This document shows, piece by piece, positions 29,782-40,150 of a DNA stretch of 64,000 nt. This DNA is from Synergistales bacterium (GTDB lineage: Bacteria > Synergistota > Synergistia > Synergistales > JAFGMB01). The notes beneath the pieces were generated by a model, which saw only the letters and a list, made by a program, of their open reading frames with translations, was not told where the DNA came from and made no database searches. The translations under genes were made by a program, and so were the position numbers. The DNA is taken from positions 2,720,001 to 2,784,000 of the forward strand of contig OY762654.1 in NCBI GenBank assembly GCA_963666205.1. The letters run 5' to 3'. The stretch's first letter is position 1. Each line of letters opens with the position of its first letter.

Positions 29782-30831
29782 TTGGTAATGCGAACACTTC
29801 GTGAAAATGTTAAATGGATAATGGTAGCAATTGTTATACTTTTCTGCCTTTCTATCTTTGGGATGTATGGTTTTGGAAGCAGAGGTCCAAAGAAGGAAAC
29901 CGGGGCTAAGGATTATGCAGTTGCTGAAATTGATGGAAAAAAGGTAATGAGATCTGCCCTTGAGCGGAATCTCAGTTCTTATGTCGAGAGAGCTAATATT
30001 AAAGATATTACTTCTGCTGACGTTCCCAGGCTCTACCAGGCAACTCTGGACAACATGGTTATCCAGGCGGCCCTTTCCAGAGAAGCAGAAGCTCTTGGTG
30101 TAATAGCCACTGATGAAGAGGTAGAGGCACAGATCAAGGAGATCGAGAACCAGTTCCCGACTAAAGAGGCATTCCAGCAGTACATCGAGCAGAATGGAAT
30201 AGATATGAAGGATCTCCGCAAGAGCATATCAAATCAGTTAGCCCAGATGAGACTCATTGAAGAGTCTACGATGGCCATCACAACAACTGATGAAGAGGTT
30301 GCGGACTTCTATGAAAAAGCCAAAACCGTTTTCTTCCATCAGCCCGAAGGCTTCACTGTTAAACTTGCAAGGTTTAAAACAAAAGATTCAGCTCAGGATG
30401 TCTATCAGTTCCTTGATAACTACTGGACATGGGATGAAGCTCTTGAGGTTGTGTCTTCATCCGATATCACCGATGTTACAAGCGGAGATGCTACGGCCTT
30501 TGTCCCTGTTGCAGCTTTTACCGGACAGCTTGAATCAGTCAGGGATCTGCCTCTCAACAAAGTCAGTGAGGTTCTTGAAGTAGCAAGTGATGACTTCCTC
30601 CTTGTTATGAAAACAGGCAAAGTCGAAGAAAGTTTTACTCCCTTTGAAGAAGTTAGCGGAGATGTAAGGCAGATGATTGAAGGGCAGAAAAAGCAGCAGG
30701 CTCAGAGCAAATATATTGAAGAGATCAAGAACAACACTGACCTCAAGATCCTTGATGAGAGCCTTTTCCCGAAACCTGAAGAGAAAACAGAAGAAGCTGA
30801 ACAGGTAAGTGCTGACAAGCCCAAAGAATAA
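29782..30831 (+). CDS. SurA/PrsA-like foldase (SurA N-terminal domain)
   Basis: N-terminal TM anchor, acidic helical chaperone domain, PFEEV motif. Confidence 0.75.
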   Translation: MVMRTLRENVKWIMVAIVILFCLSIFGMYGFGSRGPKKETGAKDYAVAEIDGKKVMRSALERNLSSYVERANIKDITSADVPRLYQATLDNMVIQAALSREAEALGVIATDEEVEAQIKEIENQFPTKEAFQQYIEQNGIDMKDLRKSISNQLAQMRLIEESTMAITTTDEEVADFYEKAKTVFFHQPEGFTVKLARFKTKDSAQDVYQFLDNYWTWDEALEVVSSSDITDVTSGDATAFVPVAAFTGQLESVRDLPLNKVSEVLEVASDDFLLVMKTGKVEESFTPFEEVSGDVRQMIEGQKKQQAQSKYIEEIKNNTDLKILDESLFPKPEEKTEEAEQVSADKPKE

Positions 30832-30900
30832 TAAAGATGATTCAAGTGGGGCTATTCAGGATCCAATAGCAACAAACCGGTTTCTGGCCCAGAATTACTA

Positions 30901-30929
30901 TTGACATAAGTCAGATACTTGAATAGAAT
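30901..30929 (+). promoter_or_regulatory. Sigma70 promoter for the tRNA pair
   Basis: TTGACA-17 nt-TAGAAT. Confidence 0.85.
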
Positions 30930-30949
30930 AAATCCCGCACTTGATGAAT

Positions 30950-31044
30950 GGTGGGTTGGCCGAGCTGGACGAAGGCGCTCGCCTGCTAAGCGAGTAAGGG
31001 GGCACAAACCTCCTTCGAGGGTTCGAATCCCTCACCCACCGCCA
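30950..31044 (+). tRNA. tRNA-Ser(GCT)
   Basis: Anticodon arm CTCGC-CTGCTAA-GCGAG, long variable arm, ends GCCA. Confidence 0.96.
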
Positions 31045-31054
31045 TTTTTAAGGT

Positions 31055-31131
31055 GCGCCGGTAGCTCAGCTGGATAGAGCGGCGGTCTACGGAACCGCAG
31101 GTCACGAGTTCGAATCTTGTCCGGCGCGCCA
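31055..31131 (+). tRNA. tRNA-Arg(ACG)
   Basis: Anticodon arm GCGGT-CTACGGA-ACCGC, ends GCCA. Confidence 0.96.
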
Positions 31132-31391
31132 TTTCTTCTCATATCTTACAAACACAGGCTTATTTACGTCTGTTAAAGCACTGAAGAGCGACGGAAAACC
31201 TTTAGAGACCGTCGCTCATAAATTCGCTAATCCATCTCTTTTTTTATGAACTTTTTCCCCTTTTTCTTTTTAAATATAATAAACCTGCAATAATAACTAT
31301 TTCTTTCTCCTAAAATCATCTTCATTATTCTGAAAAATAAGAACAATTTCTATGGGAAGCCCTTTCTTTTATTTCAAAGGGAGGGTTAATT

Positions 31392-32327
31392 TTGTCAATT
31401 TATTATCATAATGATTCTGATCACAGCCTTTCATGGTCAATGGTATTGGAAGATTTTATTAATTTCAGAAAATCACAGGGAATTTCTGATAGAACCATTC
31501 AAGATTACCGCAATTATATTTCCACTTTTTTCAAGAGATACCCCGATTCACTTACATCAGAACACAAACTTAAAACCAATTCCTTTTCATTTCTCGCTTC
31601 TGCCAATACACCTTCAACATATAACCTCAGATTTGAATACCTGAGCATCTTTTTTAAATGGATGATGGATGAAGAACAAATTTCAAAATATCCTTTAAGA
31701 GGTTTGAAAAAAAGAAGGAATCCAGGCAGGTTCATTCCAGTGGATGTGAAAATAATCCAGCAACTAATAAAACTACCTGACTTGAAATCCTTTGCGGGCT
31801 TGAGAGATTATGCTCTAATTCTCACTACACTTGATACAGCAATAAGACCAGGGGAAGCGCTTCAGCTTTTACCTTCGGATGTAAACTTTCTTGGTTCAGA
31901 AATTCTTATCCCATCTCATATTGCCAAAACAAGACGTGCAAGATTACTACCAATATCGAACCCAGTCAAAGTAGCTTTGAAGAAACTGATGAGAGCAAGA
32001 CATCCTGACTGGGGTAAAGATATCCCAATATTTTGCTCTTGCAGTGGAAGATTCTTTCAAGGAAATTCATGGGGGCATAGAATGGCAAATTATTCTGAAG
32101 AACTTGGTTATCGTATTACCCCTTATCAGTTGAGGCATACTTCAGCAACACTTTTTCTTCGCAATGGTGGCAATGCTATGGCCCTGCAGAAAATGATGGG
32201 ACATACCACAATGGAAATGACAGAGAGATATGTTCATCTTGTTGAAGGGGATATCAGAGACCAGCATGCCAAAGCAAGCCCGGTACAACTCTTGGAACCA
32301 TCCAGAAATAGGGTCTACAAGATCTAA
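31392..32327 (+). CDS. Tyrosine recombinase/integrase
   Basis: SAM-like N-domain, DTAIRPGE, YQLRH, MGH...ERY. Confidence 0.93.
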   Translation: MSIYYHNDSDHSLSWSMVLEDFINFRKSQGISDRTIQDYRNYISTFFKRYPDSLTSEHKLKTNSFSFLASANTPSTYNLRFEYLSIFFKWMMDEEQISKYPLRGLKKRRNPGRFIPVDVKIIQQLIKLPDLKSFAGLRDYALILTTLDTAIRPGEALQLLPSDVNFLGSEILIPSHIAKTRRARLLPISNPVKVALKKLMRARHPDWGKDIPIFCSCSGRFFQGNSWGHRMANYSEELGYRITPYQLRHTSATLFLRNGGNAMALQKMMGHTTMEMTERYVHLVEGDIRDQHAKASPVQLLEPSRNRVYKI

Positions 32328-32424
32328 TGGTATGAAAAAAGGGTTCAGTAGTAGTTATGCTAATTTCGTCACTATTGAACCCTTGTTGTTTGAATATCCA
32401 ATATATTTTTCACCACAGATTGCC

Positions 32425-32550
32425 ATGGGGCACAGCGATCTTAACATGACAAAGAGGTACCTTGCGTTGGACAGTTCAGATCTTGCTAGAGAACATGAGA
32501 AGGTGGGAATCATAGATAAATTGAAGCAGCATAGGAAAAGGATGAGGTGA
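32425..32550 (+). pseudogene. C-terminal fragment of a second tyrosine integrase
   Basis: MGHSDLNMTKRYL...EH matches the box II/catalytic Tyr region; no N-terminal part. Confidence 0.75.
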
Positions 32551-32639
32551 ATAGTTCAAATCTCCACTTTTCATGATATTCCATAGTATTTTTAAGCAAA
32601 TCATATTCTCACTCGGGTTTTTAAACTAACTACAATGTA

Positions 32640-33794
32640 TCATGGATTTCTAAGAGCAAGCCTCAGAGTGAATTCCCTTATCGATGTCCACTCAGAACTT
32701 TGCAAAGTATTGAGATAACTTTTAAATGCATTTTCCATTTCAGGAATAATATTTCCTGATTCCAGTTCCATAAGGCATTCCACAACAAGTGCGATCTGAT
32801 CACAATCTTTGACTAAAGAGGGCACAGAAAAGGGTGCTTTATTCAATTCTTTTAACAGGTTATATTTTTCAACATCAGATTTGAGCTTCTCTGGAACCTC
32901 TTTTCTAAAAGTATTTATGAATTCTTCTTCAACTTTCTCCCACAATCCATTATCAAGATCATTTATCTTACTCTTTACTGGGGTTATCACATCACCTGTT
33001 AAGATTTCTGGAACATCATGGAAGAGTGATCGAATAATGCTGACTAGGATAAAGTCTCTAGGTTTTTCGTGGTTATAAATTTTAACAAAGTAATATGAAT
33101 CTTCTATAGTTGAAAATACTATTGAGAGAATCGAAACTATGAAGGTGTGGGCCAAAACAGATGTTTCTGTATTGCGGTTTATTCGATTCCATCTTCTCAA
33201 GTATTTTAGCTTTTTAATAGAAGAAAGATACAATCCGCTCTCTTCCATGCATTGGTTAAATTCTTCTGAATATTTCAGACCATCTATTTTTTCAGCAATA
33301 TCTTTTTCTATCTCTCCATAGTAATCAGAGTAAACCATGCTGTTAGTTTTGCATTCTTCCAGTGCGGCCTTTTTTTGGGAGTAATCAATAATATTATTTA
33401 TCAACTCTGATGTATGTTCCTTTTCTGAAAGGCTTTCTGTTTTCAGATATTTCTCCACGTCGTCTGATATGGAATGTGGGAATAGCCTTAATGTTTCCTT
33501 TGCAGCGTTTGAATATAGTTTTTCATAGTATGATGGATTAATTTGCTTTAGGGTGTCCAACGTCTTTCTGGGTATATCTGAGAGGTAATGTTTTCGTAAT
33601 GACTGCAGAAGAATTCTCTTCAGAATCTTTTCCATTTCTTCATTCTGGACACCCATAAATCTTCCTAATGTGTAGGCTATGTGAGTAACATAAGCAGCAT
33701 TTTCTGCCTCGGTCCATATCTCAACCCGAGGTAAAAAGTTCCATCTCTGCAGATTTACCAGTGTTTCAAGAGTCTGAATTAAATTTGAGGGCAT
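32640..33794 (-). CDS. Tandem HD-domain protein (YfbR-like)
   Basis: Two L.RWN halves; second half has SVLAH...FHDVPE..TGD..TPVK...D. Confidence 0.8.
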   Translation of the reverse strand: MPSNLIQTLETLVNLQRWNFLPRVEIWTEAENAAYVTHIAYTLGRFMGVQNEEMEKILKRILLQSLRKHYLSDIPRKTLDTLKQINPSYYEKLYSNAAKETLRLFPHSISDDVEKYLKTESLSEKEHTSELINNIIDYSQKKAALEECKTNSMVYSDYYGEIEKDIAEKIDGLKYSEEFNQCMEESGLYLSSIKKLKYLRRWNRINRNTETSVLAHTFIVSILSIVFSTIEDSYYFVKIYNHEKPRDFILVSIIRSLFHDVPEILTGDVITPVKSKINDLDNGLWEKVEEEFINTFRKEVPEKLKSDVEKYNLLKELNKAPFSVPSLVKDCDQIALVVECLMELESGNIIPEMENAFKSYLNTLQSSEWTSIREFTLRLALRNP

Positions 33795-34088
33795 AAAATC
33801 ATTCCTTTCAAGGGTAATGAGATTTTTACCATGGAATAATTCATATTATTATTTTTATCTTAACTCTTAATAATTCAACATACAAGAAATCATAAATCTT
33901 CATAACAGTAATGTATTGATATATGGTTCCCAACTTTTGCCATATTTATGAGTTGGGATAAAAAAGAGCCGGATAAGAAACCCGGCTCTGAACATGCTAC
34001 TCAAATTGTCTTCTCAGAACTTCTGATCTTCATAATCTGCTAATTATGTAAGGATGGTTCTATTCCTCTATCATTTAATGATTTAAAA

Positions 34089-34376
34089 TCAGTACTCCCT
34101 ACCATCACGTATCTTTTGAAGCTCTGAATAAGTGCGTTCTAACCCTTTGATATTTTCGGCTGCTTCTGTTCCTATGCAGTTGTTCCATTTCAGAAAAATT
34201 ATTGATGTAAAAAGATTCTTTCGTGTCACACGTATTTCATTTCCATATACAATAGAAAGGATCCCATTTTCTGTAATCTTCAATTGGCTTTCCCTTGAAT
34301 TATCTCCACTTGCTATAAATTTCCTTACATTTTCAAAAGTAAATTCATCAGGATTGTTAAGATCTATGGTGAACAT
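34089..34376 (-). CDS. Hypothetical protein
   Basis: AGGAGG RBS; terminator at ~33960-33989. Confidence 0.7.
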   Translation of the reverse strand: MFTIDLNNPDEFTFENVRKFIASGDNSRESQLKITENGILSIVYGNEIRVTRKNLFTSIIFLKWNNCIGTEAAENIKGLERTYSELQKIRDGREY

Positions 34377-34437
34377 GTATTTATTCCTCCTTCAATAAAA
34401 TCTGATAAAATGAATTATTATTAAATTACCAACATCT

Positions 34438-34565
34438 TGTACACTTAGTACAGATCGTACACTTGGAATATATATTATAGTTTTTTGCTTTAAAAAAATA
34501 TTTTTAAAATTGTGAATATTAACCACAACCATGAAAACTGCTGGACAAACCGCACGATCTGTCCA
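34438..34565. repeat. 9-nt-spaced GTAC hexamers plus ~80-bp AT-rich tract (putative origin)
   Basis: TGTACA 34438, AGTACA 34447, CGTACA 34456; AT-rich 34462-34541; degenerate set 34542-34565 overlapping a terminator hairpin. Confidence 0.55.
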
Positions 34566-34579
34566 GCAGTCTGGATCAC

Positions 34580-37500
34580 CTACATAAGATCTGGGTCGAA
34601 TTCAAACACCACTGGATTCATGTTACTGTATGTATCTTTGGTTCTCTCTGGTATCGTATCCATGACTTCTATTGCTTTAGATTCTTCTTCCTTACTCCCA
34701 ATAATTTTCAGTTCTTCAAGTTTATCCCGCCTGATAAAAACACAAGGGATATCGTTTCCATTGCACCTTACCCTTTTCGTGCATCTGCCTTTACTTGGTG
34801 CTATGAGAAAATTCCTATCCTTCCACTCGCTCAGTATGGTTTTTGGACTGTCATAACCAAGGTCTTCCAGAATACTGTTAATCCTGGACCTTTCCACGCC
34901 AAAGGAGGTCCATCTGTCATCTGATTCCCATATTCCGAAGAAGTCCGTTGCTGCGTGGACTGAACCTATGCCATCCCAGAAGAGATGTCTTCTTGAAGCA
35001 CAATATGTATAGAAGAGTTCCATGGCTTCTATGCATCTGTCGGCAGCTTTGCTCTCTCTTGTAATGTCATCCCAGATCTTGAATATGGGCGAATCGAATT
35101 CCCAGGGTAAATCAAGAGCATCGTGTGCCAGTATTCCCGCAAGATCTATGGCAGCAAAATAATCACTTAGTCTGTTAATAAATGCGTCCCCTTTTGCCTT
35201 TGCTCTGTAATCCTCCTTATGTTCCATGAATATCTCATCCCAGACAGTTGAGTATTCCCTGTGTTTTCTGATGAGGTGCTGAATGTATCTGGAACCTGCA
35301 TGTCCATAGTTTGATCTTATGGTTCGGTTAAGGCCGTTCACGATAGCGGCAGTATCTCCGTCTGCCCCATGGAAAGGAGCAATGTTGACCGTGATAACTC
35401 TTGTGCGTGTTCCACCGCTTTCTGAACTGAACACCAGTGGACTTTCTCCAGAACTCAGAAGAACTGTTCTTATGTTCTCGGTTCTGTCAACACCCCTCTT
35501 GTTACCTCTCCCACGTGTTCTGCCGTTGGTAACGTCATAAATCACTTGCTCTATGACCTTTCCGTTTGTTGCTTGTTTGCTGTCGTTAAGTATCATTGGA
35601 AGACCATTGAGCATGGCGCTTACTCGTTCAAGGTAAACTCTTGTGGAATCCCAGTTAAGAATCACTGTCTGTTGGCTATTTTCATCTGGACATCCGTATA
35701 CAGATGCGGCGAGTCTTTGCAGTGTTGTCTTGCCTGAAGATGTCCTGTATGCAAGATCGATTACGAAGTTGGGTATCTTCATAAGGCCCAGGAGTGGCGG
35801 GACGAATGATGAGTAGAAAATAAGCATTGCAACTGGGAAATCCTTAACCATTGATACTGCTTCAACCCATGTTTCGTAAGACCCTTCTGGATGAAAAGCT
35901 TCAGAGATGGATCCGTACTCGTAAGATTCAGGTGAAAAAAGAACCTTTTCTTCTGATCCTTTGTCACTATCATCGTTGATTATTTCTCCAGAGGTATTAA
36001 TGAACTGGTCCCCCAGGAGAAAACCGGATTTTTCCTCTCCGACCCATCCAAGTTTGTGGGAGACAAGTTGTTTTGGCAGTCTGGTTATGTTCCATTTTTC
36101 AAGATTCTGGAAGAAATCTACCATGTCTCTCGCATTGATCGAATTGACCGGGAAACCGTATTTGGAATATGGAACCAGGTTTTTGGCCTGCATCATATCC
36201 TCCCGTGGAAGATAAACAGGTTTCCATTTCCCATCCCTGAGATATTTAACCTCCAGGACTTCGGAGTCATTTTCGATATCTCTGAGCCGTTGTGTTGTGA
36301 TTATCGGAGAAGCAGAAACCTCCTTGAGTTCGCGTTCACCATCGGCATATCCCCCGGCAGAAAGTGTTTCTTTGAAGATCCCTTCCTCATTTATGATCCA
36401 CCCTGGAGGTACGACTAGAGTATCTGAAGAAGGCATACCTGGACATATTTCAGACAGGGGCACAGGTTCTGGAGCGAAAGAGATGTTTCTCTCTCCTATT
36501 TTCCTGGCTACTTTCTTTACCAGCCTCCGAAACTCCTCGACTTCAGTCTTTTTGACATAACCGGCATCCCTGATGGTATTGATTATGCGTTCGAATATGG
36601 TCGGTTCAATATTGTGGAGAAGCGCAAGAGCATTAATTCTGTTTTCATTCTTCTGGAGTTCTTTGAAAACCAGAGGGCTTTTTTCAGGATTTTCCTCAAT
36701 TTCGCTGACCATGTCACGTATTTCTATAGCCGAATCAACTGTCTCCAACTCCGCAGAGTTGTAACCGAGCGATATGGGGGAAGTGGCAAAATGTCTGTAG
36801 GGGCATTCTGAACAAAAGATACCCCATGATTCCCCGCTGATCTTTCTGCATGTCATTGGTCCGGTATCTTCAAGAGAATGAGCTATTTTTGCATCTGTCT
36901 CCGCAGGATCATACCCAGGATGCGGTTTGCTGTACTCATGAACCAGTTCCCTGCCGTTAATGCACCTGGAGGCAACTGTGATGAATGCATACCATTCCGG
37001 TTCGGTAAGTTTATCAGCATCTTCTACGCTGTGCCTTATAACGGAACATCGTTTTATGACCAGATTAAGATCCGCCTCATTGTACTTACCGAAGTCTTCT
37101 GTGTTCTTGCCTTCCGTTTTGATAATTTCCGGGTAATATATAGGTTCGGTGAAAGTATCAAGATCATGATCTGCATCCTGCTCCTGTATATGAAGTACAG
37201 CGTCTTCAACCATTTCGAAGGGATACCGCTTGTTACTTTGAGATGTTACCAGAACAGGCACTGGATTGCTTTTATGGTTCATTGTTCCAGGGACCCTGAG
37301 AATTCTTGCAAGGTCACTTGTATTGTCAAGAGTCCAGCCTTTCTTTGTGCAATAGCTGCGCAGTATCTTCTGGTAGCTGTTCACTAGATCCTGGATCCTA
37401 TTACGTTCTTTTTCATTCATGATCATAAAGGGCTTGTCAAAGAGGGTATAGACATGATAACCGTGACCCGAATTGACGATAACTGTTGGTTCAAGTGAAA

Positions 37501-37882
37501 ACTGTTCCATAATTCTCTGAACGTCTTCATTGTTTGATGGAAGGTTGCCGGCAGAATGAGCATCTCCTGCAATGTCGATGTCGACCCAGATACCTGGGCA
37601 AAATAAAGCCGAATCTGTAGATCCTCTCTGATAGTCACCGAGAGCCTCCTTCTGAAGACATACCCCGAAGTAGACATCATCTTCTTCAGCCATGGAAATC
37701 GCATAGGTTGATGCTTCTTCGATACCCGTATCAGTGGTTTCAAACCACCTGGACTTCCTGTAATTTTTGGTCCAAATGCAGATATGTCCGTTTTCGGTCC
37801 CGCCATACAAAGTGTGAAAAAAGTCGTCAGGTTTAGTTTCTTTCCGCGCTGATTCATTTGCTGTCATTCTGTACATGTTCAT
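34580..37882 (-). CDS. Primase-helicase: RepB-type AEP primase, Cys-rich linker and DUF927 ATPase
   Basis: WVDID, SGHGYHVY, RILRVPGT.NHK; CSECP; LGW; Walker A TSSGKTT; GRTRGR; AGGAGG RBS. Confidence 0.85.
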   Translation of the reverse strand: MNMYRMTANESARKETKPDDFFHTLYGGTENGHICIWTKNYRKSRWFETTDTGIEEASTYAISMAEEDDVYFGVCLQKEALGDYQRGSTDSALFCPGIWVDIDIAGDAHSAGNLPSNNEDVQRIMEQFSLEPTVIVNSGHGYHVYTLFDKPFMIMNEKERNRIQDLVNSYQKILRSYCTKKGWTLDNTSDLARILRVPGTMNHKSNPVPVLVTSQSNKRYPFEMVEDAVLHIQEQDADHDLDTFTEPIYYPEIIKTEGKNTEDFGKYNEADLNLVIKRCSVIRHSVEDADKLTEPEWYAFITVASRCINGRELVHEYSKPHPGYDPAETDAKIAHSLEDTGPMTCRKISGESWGIFCSECPYRHFATSPISLGYNSAELETVDSAIEIRDMVSEIEENPEKSPLVFKELQKNENRINALALLHNIEPTIFERIINTIRDAGYVKKTEVEEFRRLVKKVARKIGERNISFAPEPVPLSEICPGMPSSDTLVVPPGWIINEEGIFKETLSAGGYADGERELKEVSASPIITTQRLRDIENDSEVLEVKYLRDGKWKPVYLPREDMMQAKNLVPYSKYGFPVNSINARDMVDFFQNLEKWNITRLPKQLVSHKLGWVGEEKSGFLLGDQFINTSGEIINDDSDKGSEEKVLFSPESYEYGSISEAFHPEGSYETWVEAVSMVKDFPVAMLIFYSSFVPPLLGLMKIPNFVIDLAYRTSSGKTTLQRLAASVYGCPDENSQQTVILNWDSTRVYLERVSAMLNGLPMILNDSKQATNGKVIEQVIYDVTNGRTRGRGNKRGVDRTENIRTVLLSSGESPLVFSSESGGTRTRVITVNIAPFHGADGDTAAIVNGLNRTIRSNYGHAGSRYIQHLIRKHREYSTVWDEIFMEHKEDYRAKAKGDAFINRLSDYFAAIDLAGILAHDALDLPWEFDSPIFKIWDDITRESKAADRCIEAMELFYTYCASRRHLFWDGIGSVHAATDFFGIWESDDRWTSFGVERSRINSILEDLGYDSPKTILSEWKDRNFLIAPSKGRCTKRVRCNGNDIPCVFIRRDKLEELKIIGSKEEESKAIEVMDTIPERTKDTYSNMNPVVFEFDPDLM

Positions 37883-38045
37883 TCTTGTACCTCCTATAAG
37901 TATTTTTAGTATGGGAAAAACTTTGTGCCGTTGTCGAGATGTTCCTATCCGGTTGTCAAGTTTCAGCAGAAGATCTTCTTGATGTATATTAGAAAGAATC
38001 ACTGGAGGATGCACTTTGGTGAAAACCGTTTATTCGTTTTAAGGA

Positions 38046-39032
38046 GTGAACAAAATGTTCGAAGATGAGTATTTGGAATTGAGGGAAATCGCTGATTTGG
38101 ATAAGAAAACCAATTTCTTTTCTGATTTCAGGTTATGGGTACCTCAAGAAGTAGAAATAACGCCAGATGGAACGATCATTTATCCTTTATGTGGATACGA
38201 GACACCTGCTGAGATAGATCTATGGCGGGAACAGGCAACTGATCTATTTGAAAAGAGCGGATGGGTTCAGAAAGAGTTGAATGGAGAAAAGCTGATAGAA
38301 GATTTCTACAAACTTGCAAAACTTTCAGGTGAGGCGCTTCGAAAGAGAGTTCAGATGTTTATTTTGAGCTATGGCCCGCTGTGGTTAAAGACTGGTTTGA
38401 GCAATTACGAAATAGAAATTTCGGCAGAATGTTTCTGGACGCCTTTCCTTGCAGAAGATAGAAGACCTATTTGGCATGCAGACATACCTGATCCATATGC
38501 ATGGCGCAATGTGGAGCATATAAACGATTACCGGAAATATTCCAGGGATTTCCGCGATGCTTTGCTTCTTTCATTGCGATTAAAGGTATCTGGATATTAT
38601 CCGTATGAGCCTGAGGATCTTATTTCTGATTTACGTTTGCCCTTTGCTTCTTTTGGTGGCATTACCTACCATAAGCGTGATTCATCGAAAGAGGATTTTG
38701 CAAAACAGGTTCAGGAAGTGATCAATAAATTCCTGAGCATCAATACTACAGATAAATGGTTCATGGAATTCAATGGAGACAACAATGATTGTTGGGAACT
38801 TAAATATACTGATGGGTGGGGCTTTGTCTATCCTGCGTGGTTTCTTCTTGCAAGCATAGCGTCTGGATTGCGCAACATTGCAGTGTGTTCTGCGTGTCAG
38901 AAACTCCATTTTAGAGAAAAAGCACCCAAAAGAGGTCAGAATGCATACTGTTCTTTCTGCAGCAAGGCCGGGATCGTTTCAAGAAAGCAGTATGAGAAAA
39001 AGATGGAGAACGATAAAAGAAAAGAACAATAA
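38046..39032 (+). CDS. Hypothetical protein with a C-terminal Cys4 zinc finger
   Basis: CSAC...YCSFC near the C-terminus; divergent from the primase. Confidence 0.7.
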   Translation: MNKMFEDEYLELREIADLDKKTNFFSDFRLWVPQEVEITPDGTIIYPLCGYETPAEIDLWREQATDLFEKSGWVQKELNGEKLIEDFYKLAKLSGEALRKRVQMFILSYGPLWLKTGLSNYEIEISAECFWTPFLAEDRRPIWHADIPDPYAWRNVEHINDYRKYSRDFRDALLLSLRLKVSGYYPYEPEDLISDLRLPFASFGGITYHKRDSSKEDFAKQVQEVINKFLSINTTDKWFMEFNGDNNDCWELKYTDGWGFVYPAWFLLASIASGLRNIAVCSACQKLHFREKAPKRGQNAYCSFCSKAGIVSRKQYEKKMENDKRKEQ

Positions 39033-39221
39033 ACAGGATCTAAGCAACAGCAAGTAAGTAACACAACTCTCTTTTGTTACATACATCAATATGCCATAAG
39101 GCCAGCAATACCATGGTCTTATGGCATTATTTATTTAGCGATATCCTTTCCTTTGATTTCTCATGTAACACAAGATGGCCATAAATGTAGCCATAGTACA
39201 TATACCAATGGAGGTGTTTTC

Positions 39222-39788
39222 ATGGAAACAGTTGAACCAATAAGAGATAAAAAGAAGATCGATCTGATAAAAAGGTTGCTTAAGGCACAGAATCCAAGGG
39301 ATTATGTTCTCTTCGTTCTGGGGATTAATTCTGGACTGAGGATTTCTGATCTGTTAAAGCTCAAAGTTAGTGATGTTATTGATGAAAATGGGAAGGTTAA
39401 ATATAGGATAAATATAAGAGAAAGAAAAACAGGAAAATCAAAGGATTTTCCTCTTGGCAAAACTTCCCGCAAGGCGATAGAGGAGTATTGTTCTATATAT
39501 GATTGTGAGCCGGAACTGCCTCTGTTCTTTTCCAAGAAGGGTAAAGGTGCCATTAGCAGAGTACAGGCTTATAGGATTCTGAATGAGGCTGCCAGAAACG
39601 TGGGTATAAAGGACAAAATAGGTACCCATACCTTGAGAAAGACCTTTGGGTATCATGCTTCCAAGGCAGGCTATGATCTGTCGCAGATCCAGAAACTGCT
39701 GAACCATTCTTCTCCAGGTGTTACATTGAGATATGTAGGCATTACCCAGGATCAGCTTGACGAGATATATATGAGGTTGGATCTGTGA
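39222..39788 (+). CDS. Small tyrosine recombinase (resolvase-like)
   Basis: VEPIRD, NSGLRISDLL, HTLRKTFGY, LNHSS..TLRY. Confidence 0.93.
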   Translation: METVEPIRDKKKIDLIKRLLKAQNPRDYVLFVLGINSGLRISDLLKLKVSDVIDENGKVKYRINIRERKTGKSKDFPLGKTSRKAIEEYCSIYDCEPELPLFFSKKGKGAISRVQAYRILNEAARNVGIKDKIGTHTLRKTFGYHASKAGYDLSQIQKLLNHSSPGVTLRYVGITQDQLDEIYMRLDL

Positions 39789-40150
39789 TAGTGGTGCAGG
39801 AAACTGGTAGCGATGGTTACGTATGGTGAATTAACTTGACGTAATGATTGGTGGTGCAATAATAGAAAATGCTCTTCAGATAGAATATGTTCCCTGGAAG
39901 TGTATAGTGCTTGTTGAGTGTAGGATGGATAAATTAATAATTACGGTCAAGAATAACAGAGTTGAGAATATTTCCTGATAAGAGAAGATTTCTAAGCATA
40001 GGAAACCATACTTCATGTTTGAGCTTGGCCCGGTGTTTAATATTCAAAGTTATCCAAGCCTTTAGTTGTGTCTTTCTAGAGGTTTTTCTGTAGATATTTT
40101 ATATTCAGAGTTTCAGATGGGATTTGCATGTTGTCAGGAGGGGACGAAAA

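Noticed and set aside
31100-31131. attR copy of the tRNA-Arg 3' end
   Set aside because: Not found by eye in the window, so the island's right boundary is unassigned.
34512-37857. Many short ORFs overlapping or antisense to the primase (likewise within mbh, polA and the DUF499 operon)
   Set aside because: Shadow ORFs of long, well-supported genes with no motifs of their own.
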